A DNA stretch of 25,121 nucleotides from a virus (taxonomy: Duplodnaviria; Caudoviricetes): positions 1 to 25,121 of the IMG/VR virus record IMGVR_UViG_3300037467_000957, one strand, 5' to 3'. The translations under genes and the position numbers were made by a program. The notes below the pieces were generated by a model that saw only the letters and a program-made list of their open reading frames with translations, was not told the DNA's origin and searched no databases. Shown piece by piece: positions 14,828 through 24,148 of this stretch. Each line of letters opens with the position of its first letter. Position 1 is the first letter of the stretch.

Positions 14828-16970
14828 CGCTGCCTCCTCCCCCGGATGCTGGGCTCCCGACCTTGAAGTACTGATCCGTCCCCGGCATGAACGGAAACCC
14901 GCGAAAATTGAGCGTATTGGCGAACTTGTTGTTGCAGGTGGTGATTTTCTTATCGCAGCCCACCACCAGGCACTGATCGCCGACCGCAGGCTTGTAGAAG
15001 AACGGGTACATCGTCGTCAGCACGTCAGGGCTGCTGTTATCAGCAATGTCCATCGCCTTCCCGGCGTTCTGGCCGGTGATGAACTTGCAGACCCCAAACT
15101 GGAAATACTGCGCCGCAAAACCTAAATTCTGAATGGTGAAGGTGGCGCGATCCGTCACCGACGTCACCGTGGCCAGCAGCACATAACGCGGCGACACCAC
15201 CTGCCAGGTGATGGTCCCGTCGCCGACCGTAGCCCCCAAGGTGCGTGGCCAGGACGTCGGGATGGCTGCGCCTGTAAGCCCGCTGTTCAGGGCCTGGTAC
15301 TCGACCCCGCCAAACTCCGCATAGCTATAGCCGGTGACAGAAGCGGGCACGATGACGCCGGTAATGTCGGTGATCGAGCAGGGGGCCTCGCCGCCGATCA
15401 CCCCCGACCCCGCCTTGACCCCCCAGACAACCGACAACTTGACGCTGCGGGCATTGGCGGGGATCGGGATGACCTCGGTGTGGCCGACCCAGACCCGCTC
15501 CGGCAATTCGGTGATCATGTCCGAGTTGTAGGTGCTGATCTTGACATTGGAGGCGTTGTAGAAGTCCACCCGCAAGCCGCAGGTGCCCCACAGCTCCCAG
15601 CTGGCCTGCAGCCAGCTCATGGCGAGCACCATGCCGCCGCTGTCGATGTCGGCGGTGGTAATTCCGCCCCCCGCCGTCAGCGAGATGTAGTCATTGGTGG
15701 TCATCACCACCGTTCCGGTACCGTGGGACGAGAAAGCTAATCCATAACCCTCATTGGTGAACACCGGGAAGTAGTTGCCGGTCGTCGGGCCGGTCATGCC
15801 CAGAAAGGTCGAAACCGCGCGAAATGTCGAGCTACTGCCCCAGCCATTCGGGGTCAGGGTCGAGCCCGATAAAGGCTCAAAGCCGCCCTCCTGCAGCCGC
15901 TCCGTGCCATTGACGATCAGCGACGCCGCGTCGAAGTAACTGACGTAATTGGCCGCGAACGGCACCGACGCCGGGACCTGGGCGGTGTCGTATTTCGTGG
16001 TCTGGATTTTGACCTTGATCTGCACCGCGCCCAAGGGGACGTTAAACGTCGTGCTCAGCTGGATATAGCCGCCCGAGGCCGAGACGTACCCCGAGGTGGC
16101 GTTACCGATCTCCTGCTGAAAGGTGTCGATGAACGAGACGTAGACCCGGCCGCGCTGATAGATGGTGCTGGAGCGCATCTGCGCCGTGAATTGGCCCGCC
16201 CAACCGAATTCCAATCCCCCCGGGAAATTGATGGTCTGCTCGGCCGAACAAACCCAGTCGGTGGTGGCCAGGGCGTAGTTGCCCTCATACTGCATGCCCT
16301 GGTTCACCACCATATTGGTGACGGTCCAGTATAGCAGGTCGGTGGCGCTGGCGGCCTGGAAGGTGCCGTTGATGATCTGCAGCGCTGAGAACTTGTCCCC
16401 GGCATTGTTGCGCAGCAGCACCCGATCCCCGGCATTATACGGGGCGAGCGCTTGCCGGATCGACGGCATCAACGGAAACTTGCAACGCGCGTCGCCGAGG
16501 TCGGCCTTGCAGGTCGGGGTGTATGTCTCCCCGACGGTCTGCTGCAATTGCTGGATCAGGCCGCGCAGCTCGATGGTGAACTTGCCCCGGGAATTGATTG
16601 TCACCTCACCAAACCGGCCACTGCGCAGGTTGATCGGCCCGGTGTTGTCGGGGTCCTGCCAGTTGACAATGAACAGCGAGACCTCGGCGTAATCCCACAG
16701 CCCAGCGCGCAGGTCCTTTTCGGTGATGGCGTCGTCGTCGAGGTAGCCGTCGGTCTTCAGCTCATCGACCGCCAGCGAGGCGCTGTTGCTGATCGCCGAC
16801 TTGGTGAAGCCGGTCTGGGCTTTGTAGGTCACCCCGCCGAATAAGATGTCCTGGTCATGGTCGGTGAAGCCCAAGACGATGCCGTCCAGGCGGATCACCC
16901 GCCAACACGTACACAGCGTCGTCACCTGCTTGGTGATGTGCGCCTGCATTCCTGCGGAGAGCGTCTTCAT
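14802..16970 (-). CDS. Baseplate hub protein, DUF2163/BR0599 family (GTA gp13-like), with large internal insertion
   Basis: Start taken at MKTLSAG (ATGA overlap at 16967-16970). TTLCTCWRVIRLDG.VLGFTDHD, C.ADLGD.RC and C-terminal GCDK...TC..KF.N.LNFRGFPFMPG.D; 722 aa. Confidence 0.9.
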   Translation of the reverse strand: MKTLSAGMQAHITKQVTTLCTCWRVIRLDGIVLGFTDHDQDILFGGVTYKAQTGFTKSAISNSASLAVDELKTDGYLDDDAITEKDLRAGLWDYAEVSLFIVNWQDPDNTGPINLRSGRFGEVTINSRGKFTIELRGLIQQLQQTVGETYTPTCKADLGDARCKFPLMPSIRQALAPYNAGDRVLLRNNAGDKFSALQIINGTFQAASATDLLYWTVTNMVVNQGMQYEGNYALATTDWVCSAEQTINFPGGLEFGWAGQFTAQMRSSTIYQRGRVYVSFIDTFQQEIGNATSGYVSASGGYIQLSTTFNVPLGAVQIKVKIQTTKYDTAQVPASVPFAANYVSYFDAASLIVNGTERLQEGGFEPLSGSTLTPNGWGSSSTFRAVSTFLGMTGPTTGNYFPVFTNEGYGLAFSSHGTGTVVMTTNDYISLTAGGGITTADIDSGGMVLAMSWLQASWELWGTCGLRVDFYNASNVKISTYNSDMITELPERVWVGHTEVIPIPANARSVKLSVVWGVKAGSGVIGGEAPCSITDITGVIVPASVTGYSYAEFGGVEYQALNSGLTGAAIPTSWPRTLGATVGDGTITWQVVSPRYVLLATVTSVTDRATFTIQNLGFAAQYFQFGVCKFITGQNAGKAMDIADNSSPDVLTTMYPFFYKPAVGDQCLVVGCDKKITTCNNKFANTLNFRGFPFMPGTDQYFKVGSPASGGGGSGGQSSSSK

Positions 16971-17614
16971 CCGACTGTCGGGTCCTTCAATTCCATCACC
17001 ACAATCTGCCCCCACGAGAACACATTGTACTCGTCGATGGAGGCGTTGATCTTGTCGGTATCGAAGCGTACCGCGCAGTCGAACTCGCAGTCCACCTCGA
17101 TGGCTGACCCGGCAAAGGTGGCCAGCGCGTCGCTCAGCGTGATCTTGCCAGTGGTGTAATCCACCGTGTAGTCCCCCGGGGTGAAACGCTGGGCTCCCCC
17201 GACCCACAGCGTCAGGGTCCCCGACACCGGTTTGAACAGGGTGCGGTCGTAGAACCCGGAGCTGTCCTGGTAGCGCTTGTAAATCTGCCAGACCTTGGTC
17301 CCGACGGCGCTGCCGTCCCCGTTGGTGGTGCCGATGGACTGGCGATCCAGCTTGTAGTCCGACCAATCCTTGAAGCGAAACCCGATGGCGCGGCCGTAGC
17401 GGGCGGCGTGGAACGCCCTGATCTTCTCCAGCTCGGCCTTGGTCTTCAGTCCGAAGGCAACGTCCCAGGAGCCCCGGGCCACGCTCCAGTCGATGTTGCG
17501 GTGCTCGCGCCCGCTGGCCAGTGGCAGGATCGTGGTCTTAAAGGCGAGGCCGCCGACTGCGCCGTACGACACCCCGACGTCCAACCGCTCCTCGACGAAT
17601 GAGGTAATCGCCAT
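16967..17614 (-). CDS. Distal tail protein, DUF2460/TIGR02217 family (GTA gp12-like)
   Basis: SYGAVGG..F.T.I..LASGREHRNIDW, AF..AR.GRA.GFRFKDWSDY and EFD..VRFDTD. Confidence 0.92.
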   Translation of the reverse strand: MAITSFVEERLDVGVSYGAVGGLAFKTTILPLASGREHRNIDWSVARGSWDVAFGLKTKAELEKIRAFHAARYGRAIGFRFKDWSDYKLDRQSIGTTNGDGSAVGTKVWQIYKRYQDSSGFYDRTLFKPVSGTLTLWVGGAQRFTPGDYTVDYTTGKITLSDALATFAGSAIEVDCEFDCAVRFDTDKINASIDEYNVFSWGQIVVMELKDPTVG

Positions 17615-20600
17615 CAGTTATTCCTCTCCACCGCCCGCCGCATCGCCACGCTGGCCCGGCTGTTGATCTGATCCTGGTTGCGGTCGAACCCGGCGCGATC
17701 CGGGGTCGAGACGTGGTAGGCGATGCTGATCGGCGCACGCGGGGCCCCGCCGTTGCCCGGCATGAAGCCCTGATTAGTGGCGCTGGTCCCGGCATTGGCC
17801 GCCAGCATGTCGATGGTGCGGGTCATGCGGGCGTTGTCCCCCGCCGTCAGCACCCGCTCGCCGCGCTGCAGCACCGCTGGGAATTCATCATCCATCAAGC
17901 CGCCGTGGAAGCGGGGGGCTCCATTGAAGATCGAGGAGTGGAAGCTGCGAGTGTTGAGCGCGGTGAAGCCGATCAGGCCGCCACCATGGGCCACCCCGAA
18001 GTCGTCGAAGCCCCCGCCGAAGCCACCACCGAACCCACCGCCCCCAAAGCCACCGAACAGGCTGCCGAGGCCGCCCAGACCGCCGCCACCGCTACCCATG
18101 CTGCCGAGCGAGCTGATCAACTGGTTGATGCCTCCGGTAGCCGACAGCGCCGAAGAGCCCGATGTCGCCACCGACGAGGCGTAGCTGGTGATGCTGCCGC
18201 CCGCCGAGGCGAGCTGGGACTGGATTTGATCGAGCCCCGGCAATTGCAGCTGTGACAACTGCTGCCCCGGGTTGGTGATGTTGCCGAACGGACTGGTCAG
18301 CGGACTGGTGAACTGATCCGGGGTCGTCTGTGACCGCAGCTGGTTCAGGGTGTCTTGTGGGATGGTGGCGTCCGGGGTCACCGAACCAAAATCGCCGAAG
18401 CCCTTCGACAGCTTGGGGTAGGCCTTCATCATGTCATTGATGGAGGTCGAGCCCAGGTTGCGCGCCTGCGGGTCCGAGGTGAATGGCGTGTTGAAGCCCT
18501 GGCCCTGCCCAATCTGACCCAGCAGTTTGGCACGGTTGGGGCCGAACTGGATGCCTTGCAGCATAGCGTACTGCTGCTCCACCGGGAGCTGGGCGAACTT
18601 GGCCGGGTCCAGCCCGGACTTGGCCAATTTGTCGGGGATGTTGTACATCTTCAGCCAGTCGCCGTAGGCCCCGATCTGGGTGGCGGGGCTGGCACTCAGG
18701 AAGCTAGCACGGGTGAAACCGAGTTTGTTGAGGTCGCCCGTCCCGATCTGGCTCAGCCCCGAATAGCTGCCGGTCGTCGCCGAAGTCGAGAACCCGCTTT
18801 CCTCTTTGAACATCGCCAGCACAGCCTTCGGGTCGGCCCCGATCATCTGGCTGACCTTGGTCAACTGCGCCAATTCCGGTGCACCCCAGCCGTTCGGCAG
18901 ACCCGTGAGCCCTGCCGTCAGATTGGGGGCGGAGAACGCCCCGGTGCCGCTGACATTGGTGCCCGCGATCCCCGACAGCAGCTTGAACTGATCCAAACCC
19001 GCATTCTTGGTCGCGAAGTCGCCGATAGCCCCGCCAGGCAGCGAACCAGGTGCCCCCAAGGCGAGGCGCGCGAGCCCGGCTTGCGTGCCTGCCGCGCTGG
19101 GGAAGCCTTGGCTGGCGGCAAGCGCACCACCAATAGCCAGGCTGGGGGCCGCTCCTGACAGTGACGGGAAGTTCATAACCGGTGCGCCTGACGCGGTAGT
19201 GTCCACCGTGATCGCCCCGGTCCCGGCCGCGATATTGACCGGTGCGTTGCTGGTGATGGCCGAGGCCGCGCCACTGTTGCCCCCCACCGCCGCCACCGTG
19301 GCCGCCGCCAGTTGATCCGGGGTCTTGGTCGCCGAAAACCCTGAGAACCCGGGGACCCCGGCAACGCCGTTGGGTAGACCCGGCAGAGGCGTGCCCCCGG
19401 CCGCTGCCGCAAGGGCTCCGGTCGCGCTGCTGACATTCACCACCCCGGCCTGCACGCTCATGGTGGCGGTGGAAAACAGCTTGCCCAGCGAGCCGGAGAC
19501 GCCCTTGGCCTGGTCGATCAGACCCTTGGAGCCGAACCCGAACAGGTTCTCCAGCCCGGAGCCCTTGATGGTGTCGGCCAGGATCAGGTCGATGCCGCGC
19601 TTGATCAGCGACGACGACAGGCTGTTGATGAAATTGGCCCAGGCGTTCTGCTGTCCGGTCAGCACCCCAGTCAGCGCGGTGGACAGGCCATTGGCGAAGT
19701 CCTTCTCACTGTCGAGGATGGCCTGCTTGGTGTCGCCGACTTGCTTGACGAAGCCCTCGAACCCAGAACTCTGGGTGCGTTGGATGTCCTGTAGCAAGCG
19801 GTTGTACTGCTGCAAGGCCGCCGCCGCGTCGGCGTCCACTGCCACGCCCTTCAGCTTGAGTTCGTTGATCTGGGCCAGCGTCTTACTGTCGGCCTCGCGC
19901 CACTGCACCGAGGTCGAGAGCTGCGCCAGCTCCAGCGCCTGCGACCGCTGCAAGGCGGCAATCGGGTCGGTCTGCTCCAGCATGGTCTGCCGGATTTGAT
20001 TTTCCAGCGCCGCCCGCTGCTCAGTGGTCAGATTAATCTGCTTCAGCGTGTCCAGGTAGTTCTGTAACTGGCGGTTGGCCGCCGCAATCGGCTGGGCGAA
20101 GTCCAGCACCGACTTGATCTGGGCAATGCGCCTGGCGGCGTCTTCCATCTGCAGCAGCTTGTTCAAGGCCTCCGAATTGGCCTCGACCGCAGTCTTGCCA
20201 TACTGCTGGATGAGCTGGTTGATCCGAACCTGGGTCGCCGCCTGGTTGTTCTGCTCCTGGGTAACGGCCTGCGCCGTGATCAGTTGGTTATTGGCGCTGA
20301 TCGTCGCCGAGCCGATGCCCTGGGCGGCGCGCTGCGCCTGCAGTGCCTGTACCGTACCCTCAATGGCTTCCTTCTCACCATCGGCGAAGACGTGGCGCTG
20401 GCGCTGCAGCTCAGTGATCTTGGCCTCGATCTCTTGCCGGTTACGCTCCTCACCCGTGATGGCCTGCAACTTTTGGAATTCATCCCCAGAGCCCTGCAAG
20501 AACTTGCTCACCGGGTTGGCGTCCACGACGGTCTGCTGCGCCGAGGCCCGGGCTCGGGCCGAGAACGTGGCTGCGTCGAACTTCTCCCCGGTCCTTTCAG

Positions 20601-22578
20601 CAATGCGCTTGAACAGCGGGTTGTTGGGGTCCCGGTTGATGTTCTTCAGCGCTTCTTCAGCGGCGATCAGCTTATCGACGGCGGCGACCTGCTTGTCGAA
20701 GCTCTCGATCTTGCGCTTGGTGTCGCTGTCAAACTCGCTCTTCGACGGATCGATTGTAATCCGCTGATCGGCCTTGACCTGCTGGTTGAAGTCCTCGAAG
20801 GCCTTGTCGATCCGTTGTTGGGGGGTGCCGTTCGTGATCATCGGGCCGATGAACGCCGCCGTCCCAAATGACCGCTCTTGCTGGGCGCGGAGCTGGTCCT
20901 GCTTGAACTTGTTGGCCTTCTCGAACTCGTCGCGGAGCTTGGCCTTCCCCGCCTCAAACTCATTCATCGGGGCCTTGAACGCATCCCGTAATGCTTCGGC
21001 AAGGTCACGACCGAACTGGGTCGAGCCGCTCTTGTCGAACTTGAACAGGTACGCCAAGCCACTCTTAATGGTGTTGTAGAGGTCGGCATTGCTCTTGGAT
21101 GCCTGGCTGTCGGCATAGTTGAAGGCGTCCTTGATGGCGTTCCCCAGCCCGTGGTTACGCACGTAGTCGGTGATCTTGTCCCAGTTAGCGATAATCGCCC
21201 CCGTGGCGGCTACAACAGCGACCGCAAGCGCCGCCCACGGCCCTGCAGCGGCGAGTGCGGCCCCAGCTACCGTGCCCCCCGCTGCCGTTGCCGAAATGCC
21301 GAGAGCCCCGAGCACCACCTCCATGGCACTGATCGCAGCGGCAACAGCTGCCGCACTAAGCGCCAAGGTCGCCAGCCCAGCCACGAAGGTCTGCATGCCG
21401 CTGGGCAATGCCTTGAAGGCCCTGTCTGCGGTATCAAGCACCTTGGTCAGGGTTTCGAAAAACACGGTGGCAACCGGGGCCAGCGCCCGCCCGAACGCGA
21501 TCTGGACTTGCTCCCACGACCGCCCCAACGCATCCGTAGCGCTCTGGAACCGCTTCTGGGTGATCTCCCACTCCTGCTGCAGGATGATCTGCTCGCGGGC
21601 TTCCTTGTTGGCAAGGTTGATCTTCTGACTGAAGGCCTCGAAGTTCTTGCCGACGTCGGAGATCACCTGCGAGGTTTCAGAGGACTGCAGGTGTAGGCTC
21701 TCCAGCAGGCCGGTCGCAGACTTGCCAGATTTCAGCACCCCATCCACGGCCTGGGACAGGATCAGAAACGCCTTGGTCGGGTCGCTCTGCAGTAGCGACA
21801 GGAACTGCTCCCGGGTGACCCCGGTGATTGCGGCCAGCTCCCGCATGCCCTCGGTGCCGTTCAATGCAGCGTCGCGCAGCTCATTGAGGGTGCGGTTGAA
21901 CGCGGTGCCGAAGCGCTGGGCCTGCAGGCCTTTGATTTCGGAGGCGGCAGCGGCCAGGCCAAGGATTTGCGCCGTGGTCAGGTTGAACTGGGCCCCGGCC
22001 TCGGCGAGGCGGCCCGAGAAGGTCAGGATGCTCTCGACCGACGACGCCGTGGACTGCCGGATGCGGGTCAGCACGTTGGCGAACTGGTCGATCCCGGCGA
22101 TCCCCGGCCCCAGCGCGTTCAGCACCGAAACGATGGTCCGGGTCATGGTGGGGCCGAGTTCGCCGACCACTTCCTGCACCTTGGCCATGGTTTCGGCGAA
22201 GTGCAGCAGGTTGGCGGAGCCCCGGATGCCGACGGTGGCGGCGTCATCCGCCAGCTTGGCCAGCTGCGAGGTCTTGACGATGTTCAGCTTGGTGGCGAGT
22301 TCGTTGAGGCTGTCGCCCAGCGCCCGTATGTTCTCCTCGGAGGCCCCGGTGACGCGCTCGATCAGGTTGAGGCTCTTGTCGAAGTCGGAGAAGCGCTGAA
22401 GCGCCTCCCCCACCGTGTCACCCAGGGAGTTGAAGGCCCGGGACACCAGCTCCAGCCCCTGGTTCAGCGACACCACGCTGGCCCCGATCTGGGTGAACGA
22501 CCCGGCGACCTGTTGGGCCACCTGGCTCGCCTGGTTCTGCATACTGACGATAAACTGCAGTTGCGCTTGCGTCGCCAT
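17614..22578 (-). CDS. Tape measure protein
   Basis: 1654 aa, Ala/Leu/Gln-rich and helical, with a TP901-like core and hydrophobic middle. C-terminal PRFHGG...EFPAVLQRGERVL motif. Between chaperones and Dit. Confidence 0.93.
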   Translation of the reverse strand: MATQAQLQFIVSMQNQASQVAQQVAGSFTQIGASVVSLNQGLELVSRAFNSLGDTVGEALQRFSDFDKSLNLIERVTGASEENIRALGDSLNELATKLNIVKTSQLAKLADDAATVGIRGSANLLHFAETMAKVQEVVGELGPTMTRTIVSVLNALGPGIAGIDQFANVLTRIRQSTASSVESILTFSGRLAEAGAQFNLTTAQILGLAAAASEIKGLQAQRFGTAFNRTLNELRDAALNGTEGMRELAAITGVTREQFLSLLQSDPTKAFLILSQAVDGVLKSGKSATGLLESLHLQSSETSQVISDVGKNFEAFSQKINLANKEAREQIILQQEWEITQKRFQSATDALGRSWEQVQIAFGRALAPVATVFFETLTKVLDTADRAFKALPSGMQTFVAGLATLALSAAAVAAAISAMEVVLGALGISATAAGGTVAGAALAAAGPWAALAVAVVAATGAIIANWDKITDYVRNHGLGNAIKDAFNYADSQASKSNADLYNTIKSGLAYLFKFDKSGSTQFGRDLAEALRDAFKAPMNEFEAGKAKLRDEFEKANKFKQDQLRAQQERSFGTAAFIGPMITNGTPQQRIDKAFEDFNQQVKADQRITIDPSKSEFDSDTKRKIESFDKQVAAVDKLIAAEEALKNINRDPNNPLFKRIAERTGEKFDAATFSARARASAQQTVVDANPVSKFLQGSGDEFQKLQAITGEERNRQEIEAKITELQRQRHVFADGEKEAIEGTVQALQAQRAAQGIGSATISANNQLITAQAVTQEQNNQAATQVRINQLIQQYGKTAVEANSEALNKLLQMEDAARRIAQIKSVLDFAQPIAAANRQLQNYLDTLKQINLTTEQRAALENQIRQTMLEQTDPIAALQRSQALELAQLSTSVQWREADSKTLAQINELKLKGVAVDADAAAALQQYNRLLQDIQRTQSSGFEGFVKQVGDTKQAILDSEKDFANGLSTALTGVLTGQQNAWANFINSLSSSLIKRGIDLILADTIKGSGLENLFGFGSKGLIDQAKGVSGSLGKLFSTATMSVQAGVVNVSSATGALAAAAGGTPLPGLPNGVAGVPGFSGFSATKTPDQLAAATVAAVGGNSGAASAITSNAPVNIAAGTGAITVDTTASGAPVMNFPSLSGAAPSLAIGGALAASQGFPSAAGTQAGLARLALGAPGSLPGGAIGDFATKNAGLDQFKLLSGIAGTNVSGTGAFSAPNLTAGLTGLPNGWGAPELAQLTKVSQMIGADPKAVLAMFKEESGFSTSATTGSYSGLSQIGTGDLNKLGFTRASFLSASPATQIGAYGDWLKMYNIPDKLAKSGLDPAKFAQLPVEQQYAMLQGIQFGPNRAKLLGQIGQGQGFNTPFTSDPQARNLGSTSINDMMKAYPKLSKGFGDFGSVTPDATIPQDTLNQLRSQTTPDQFTSPLTSPFGNITNPGQQLSQLQLPGLDQIQSQLASAGGSITSYASSVATSGSSALSATGGINQLISSLGSMGSGGGGLGGLGSLFGGFGGGGFGGGFGGGFDDFGVAHGGGLIGFTALNTRSFHSSIFNGAPRFHGGLMDDEFPAVLQRGERVLTAGDNARMTRTIDMLAANAGTSATNQGFMPGNGGAPRAPISIAYHVSTPDRAGFDRNQDQINSRASVAMRRAVERNN

Positions 22579-22579
22579 C

Positions 22580-22984
22580 TTACATCCCCCGCCGCCCCAC
22601 TAGCGGATCACCGCGCGGTTTTTGTTGATCCCGCGCACGCTGACGCAACTCGTCTTCACACTCCCCGCTCACGACGTCCAAGATTTGGAAGATCGCAATC
22701 GCCTTGGCACTCTGGTCCATAGTGGACCCTGTTTGCGGGTAAAACCCCTTCTTATACATGCCGTAATACAGGTAGATGTCGCTCCAATAGCGAGGATTGC
22801 GGTGAAGCGGTTGCCGAGGACAGGCGTAGCTTTCCTCACCGTCGATCTTTTGGGGTAACTCTGCCGGAAACGCCCAAACATCGTCTTCACCTTTGGCAGG
22901 GTCCCCCCTGCGGATCAGCTCGGCGTTACAGCCCCACTCCTTCTGCCGCGTGCAACCCTGACACGACCGCTCTTTCAGGAGCAT
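22580..22984 (-). CDS. Tail assembly chaperone T segment (C-terminal part of the G-T frameshift product)
   Basis: The reading frame is open upstream of ATG 22984 back to the slippery site, in the -1 frame of G. Ends 1 nt before the tape measure ATG; Cys-rich. Confidence 0.8.
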   Translation of the reverse strand: MLLKERSCQGCTRQKEWGCNAELIRRGDPAKGEDDVWAFPAELPQKIDGEESYACPRQPLHRNPRYWSDIYLYYGMYKKGFYPQTGSTMDQSAKAIAIFQILDVVSGECEDELRQRARDQQKPRGDPLVGRRGM

Positions 22985-23004
22985 AGAGGCGATAACGCCT
23001 CGCC

Positions 23005-23496
23005 TCAGTTTTTTTCCTCGTTCCTCGTTACCGATGAAATCTTGCGGATTTCGTCCGCCATTTCACTGATCAGCTGCAGCCCCAAAGTGTTGAGCACTTC
23101 CTTCTTGACCACGTCATACTGGCGGCCGTTGACGATCTCCTTCTCGGTGACCAGGCGCACCGGGGAGTTGTCCTTGTGGCGGAAGTTGCTGGGGATCGCG
23201 GCCAGGCCGAAGCGGACCGCGTCGATATTGGTCTGGTTGATCCGGGTGTGGACGCCGATCTCATTGTCACCCTGTCGCCCGCGCAGCACCGAGGCGCTGT
23301 CGTAAATCCACCCCATCAGGAAGACGTCGAGCGGGCGCAGCTTGAAGACGCTGGCTCCCTCTTCGATGGTCACCTCGTCCTTGCTGCCGAGATCGGGGTT
23401 TTCGGGGTCGATCAGGACCTTGGTCACCTTGCGGGACGGATCATTGACCGAAACAAAATCCACGGTGTCCGCCGTGGTCATCGCGACGAGGGCCAT
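23005..23496 (-). CDS. Tail assembly chaperone G
   Basis: Start MALVAMTT (23496) with SD AGGAG; 163 aa ending EEKN on the slippery heptamer; upstream of the tape measure. Confidence 0.82.
   Translation of the reverse strand: MALVAMTTADTVDFVSVNDPSRKVTKVLIDPENPDLGSKDEVTIEEGASVFKLRPLDVFLMGWIYDSASVLRGRQGDNEIGVHTRINQTNIDAVRFGLAAIPSNFRHKDNSPVRLVTEKEIVNGRQYDVVKKEVLNTLGLQLISEMADEIRKISSVTRNEEKN
23008..23014 (-). promoter_or_regulatory. Programmed -1 ribosomal frameshift site A AAA AAC
   Basis: G ends GAG GAA AAA AAC TGA. The -1 frame reads AAA AAA CTG AGG CGA GGC GTT ATC GCC TCT ATG, in frame with 22580..22984. Confidence 0.85.
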
Positions 23497-23559
23497 TCTG
23501 GGTTCTCCTGCCTCTAGGGCTGTTTCACCTGGCCCCAGATGTAACGGATCACGCCGGAA

Positions 23560-23575
23560 GTGCAATTAATTGCAC
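23560..23575. repeat. Palindromic motif copy 5 (GTGCAATTAATTGCAC, 16-bp perfect)
   Basis: Intergenic: 13 nt after the stop of 23589..23771 and about 64 nt upstream of chaperone G. Confidence 0.9.
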
Positions 23576-23588
23576 GAGATCAGACCTG

Positions 23589-23771
23589 TCACTGGTCCGC
23601 TTCGTGCGCCATAACGTTGAGCTGGAGGGTCTTGTCGGCGAGCGCGAACAGCACCCGCGCTGGGGCGTTTCGCTTCGCGATGTCGTGGGCGTCGGCAAAC
23701 CGCAGCTTGGCGGCGATGACCTCCCCCGAGGCCCGCTGGACGATGAAAACTTTGGTCTCGTACTTGCTCAA
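23589..23771 (-). CDS. Hypothetical protein (60 aa)
   Basis: TTG start with GGAGG SD; codon usage like the neighbouring genes. Confidence 0.65.
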   Translation of the reverse strand: MSKYETKVFIVQRASGEVIAAKLRFADAHDIAKRNAPARVLFALADKTLQLNVMAHEADQ

Positions 23772-23822
23772 GAACTACGCCCTCCGTCGCTCGTGGGTCG
23801 GGATCACGTAGCCCCGCTGCGG

Positions 23823-24143
23823 CTACTCGGCCGTCACCGGGTTCGCCTTGCTCAGATAGGCCTGAGAGCCTTCCGGCATCGCACTGATGTCCCGCTCTTC
23901 ACCGGGAAACAACCAGTACATGCCATGCGCCTGCTGCCATTCCGAGTGCATCACCGAGGTGTATTGCTTGCTGGTCTTGCGGCCATAGTTGTCATACTGC
24001 TTCGGGTCCTTCAGCACATACACCAGATTGATGCACTTGGTCCCATGAACTGCCGTGATCAGCGCATCATGTTCGCGCCCGGTAGGGTCCACGAAAATGA
24101 CGTGTATCCCGATGTCGTCCTGGGTCAAGTCTCGTTTCGCCAT
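23823..24143 (-). CDS. Hypothetical phage protein (beta-rich)
   Basis: ATG with strong SD AGGAGGTG; HVIFVDPTGREHDALITAVHG..CINLVYV. Confidence 0.75.
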   Translation of the reverse strand: MAKRDLTQDDIGIHVIFVDPTGREHDALITAVHGTKCINLVYVLKDPKQYDNYGRKTSKQYTSVMHSEWQQAHGMYWLFPGEERDISAMPEGSQAYLSKANPVTAE

Positions 24144-24148
24144 TCATC

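Noticed and set aside
16971-17366. N-terminal 132 aa of the 854-aa ORF 14802..17366
   Set aside because: Overlaps the DUF2460 gene in another frame; family similarity begins at MKTLSAG (16970), which has an ATGA coupling.
17995-18100. GGF/GGL low-complexity repeat near the tape measure C-terminus
   Set aside because: Gly-rich linker common in tape measure proteins; no independent element.
1345-23575. CRISPR array or IS/MITE ends to explain the repeated palindrome
   Set aside because: Copies are kilobases apart with no spacer periodicity, no target-site duplications, and no cas or transposase gene.
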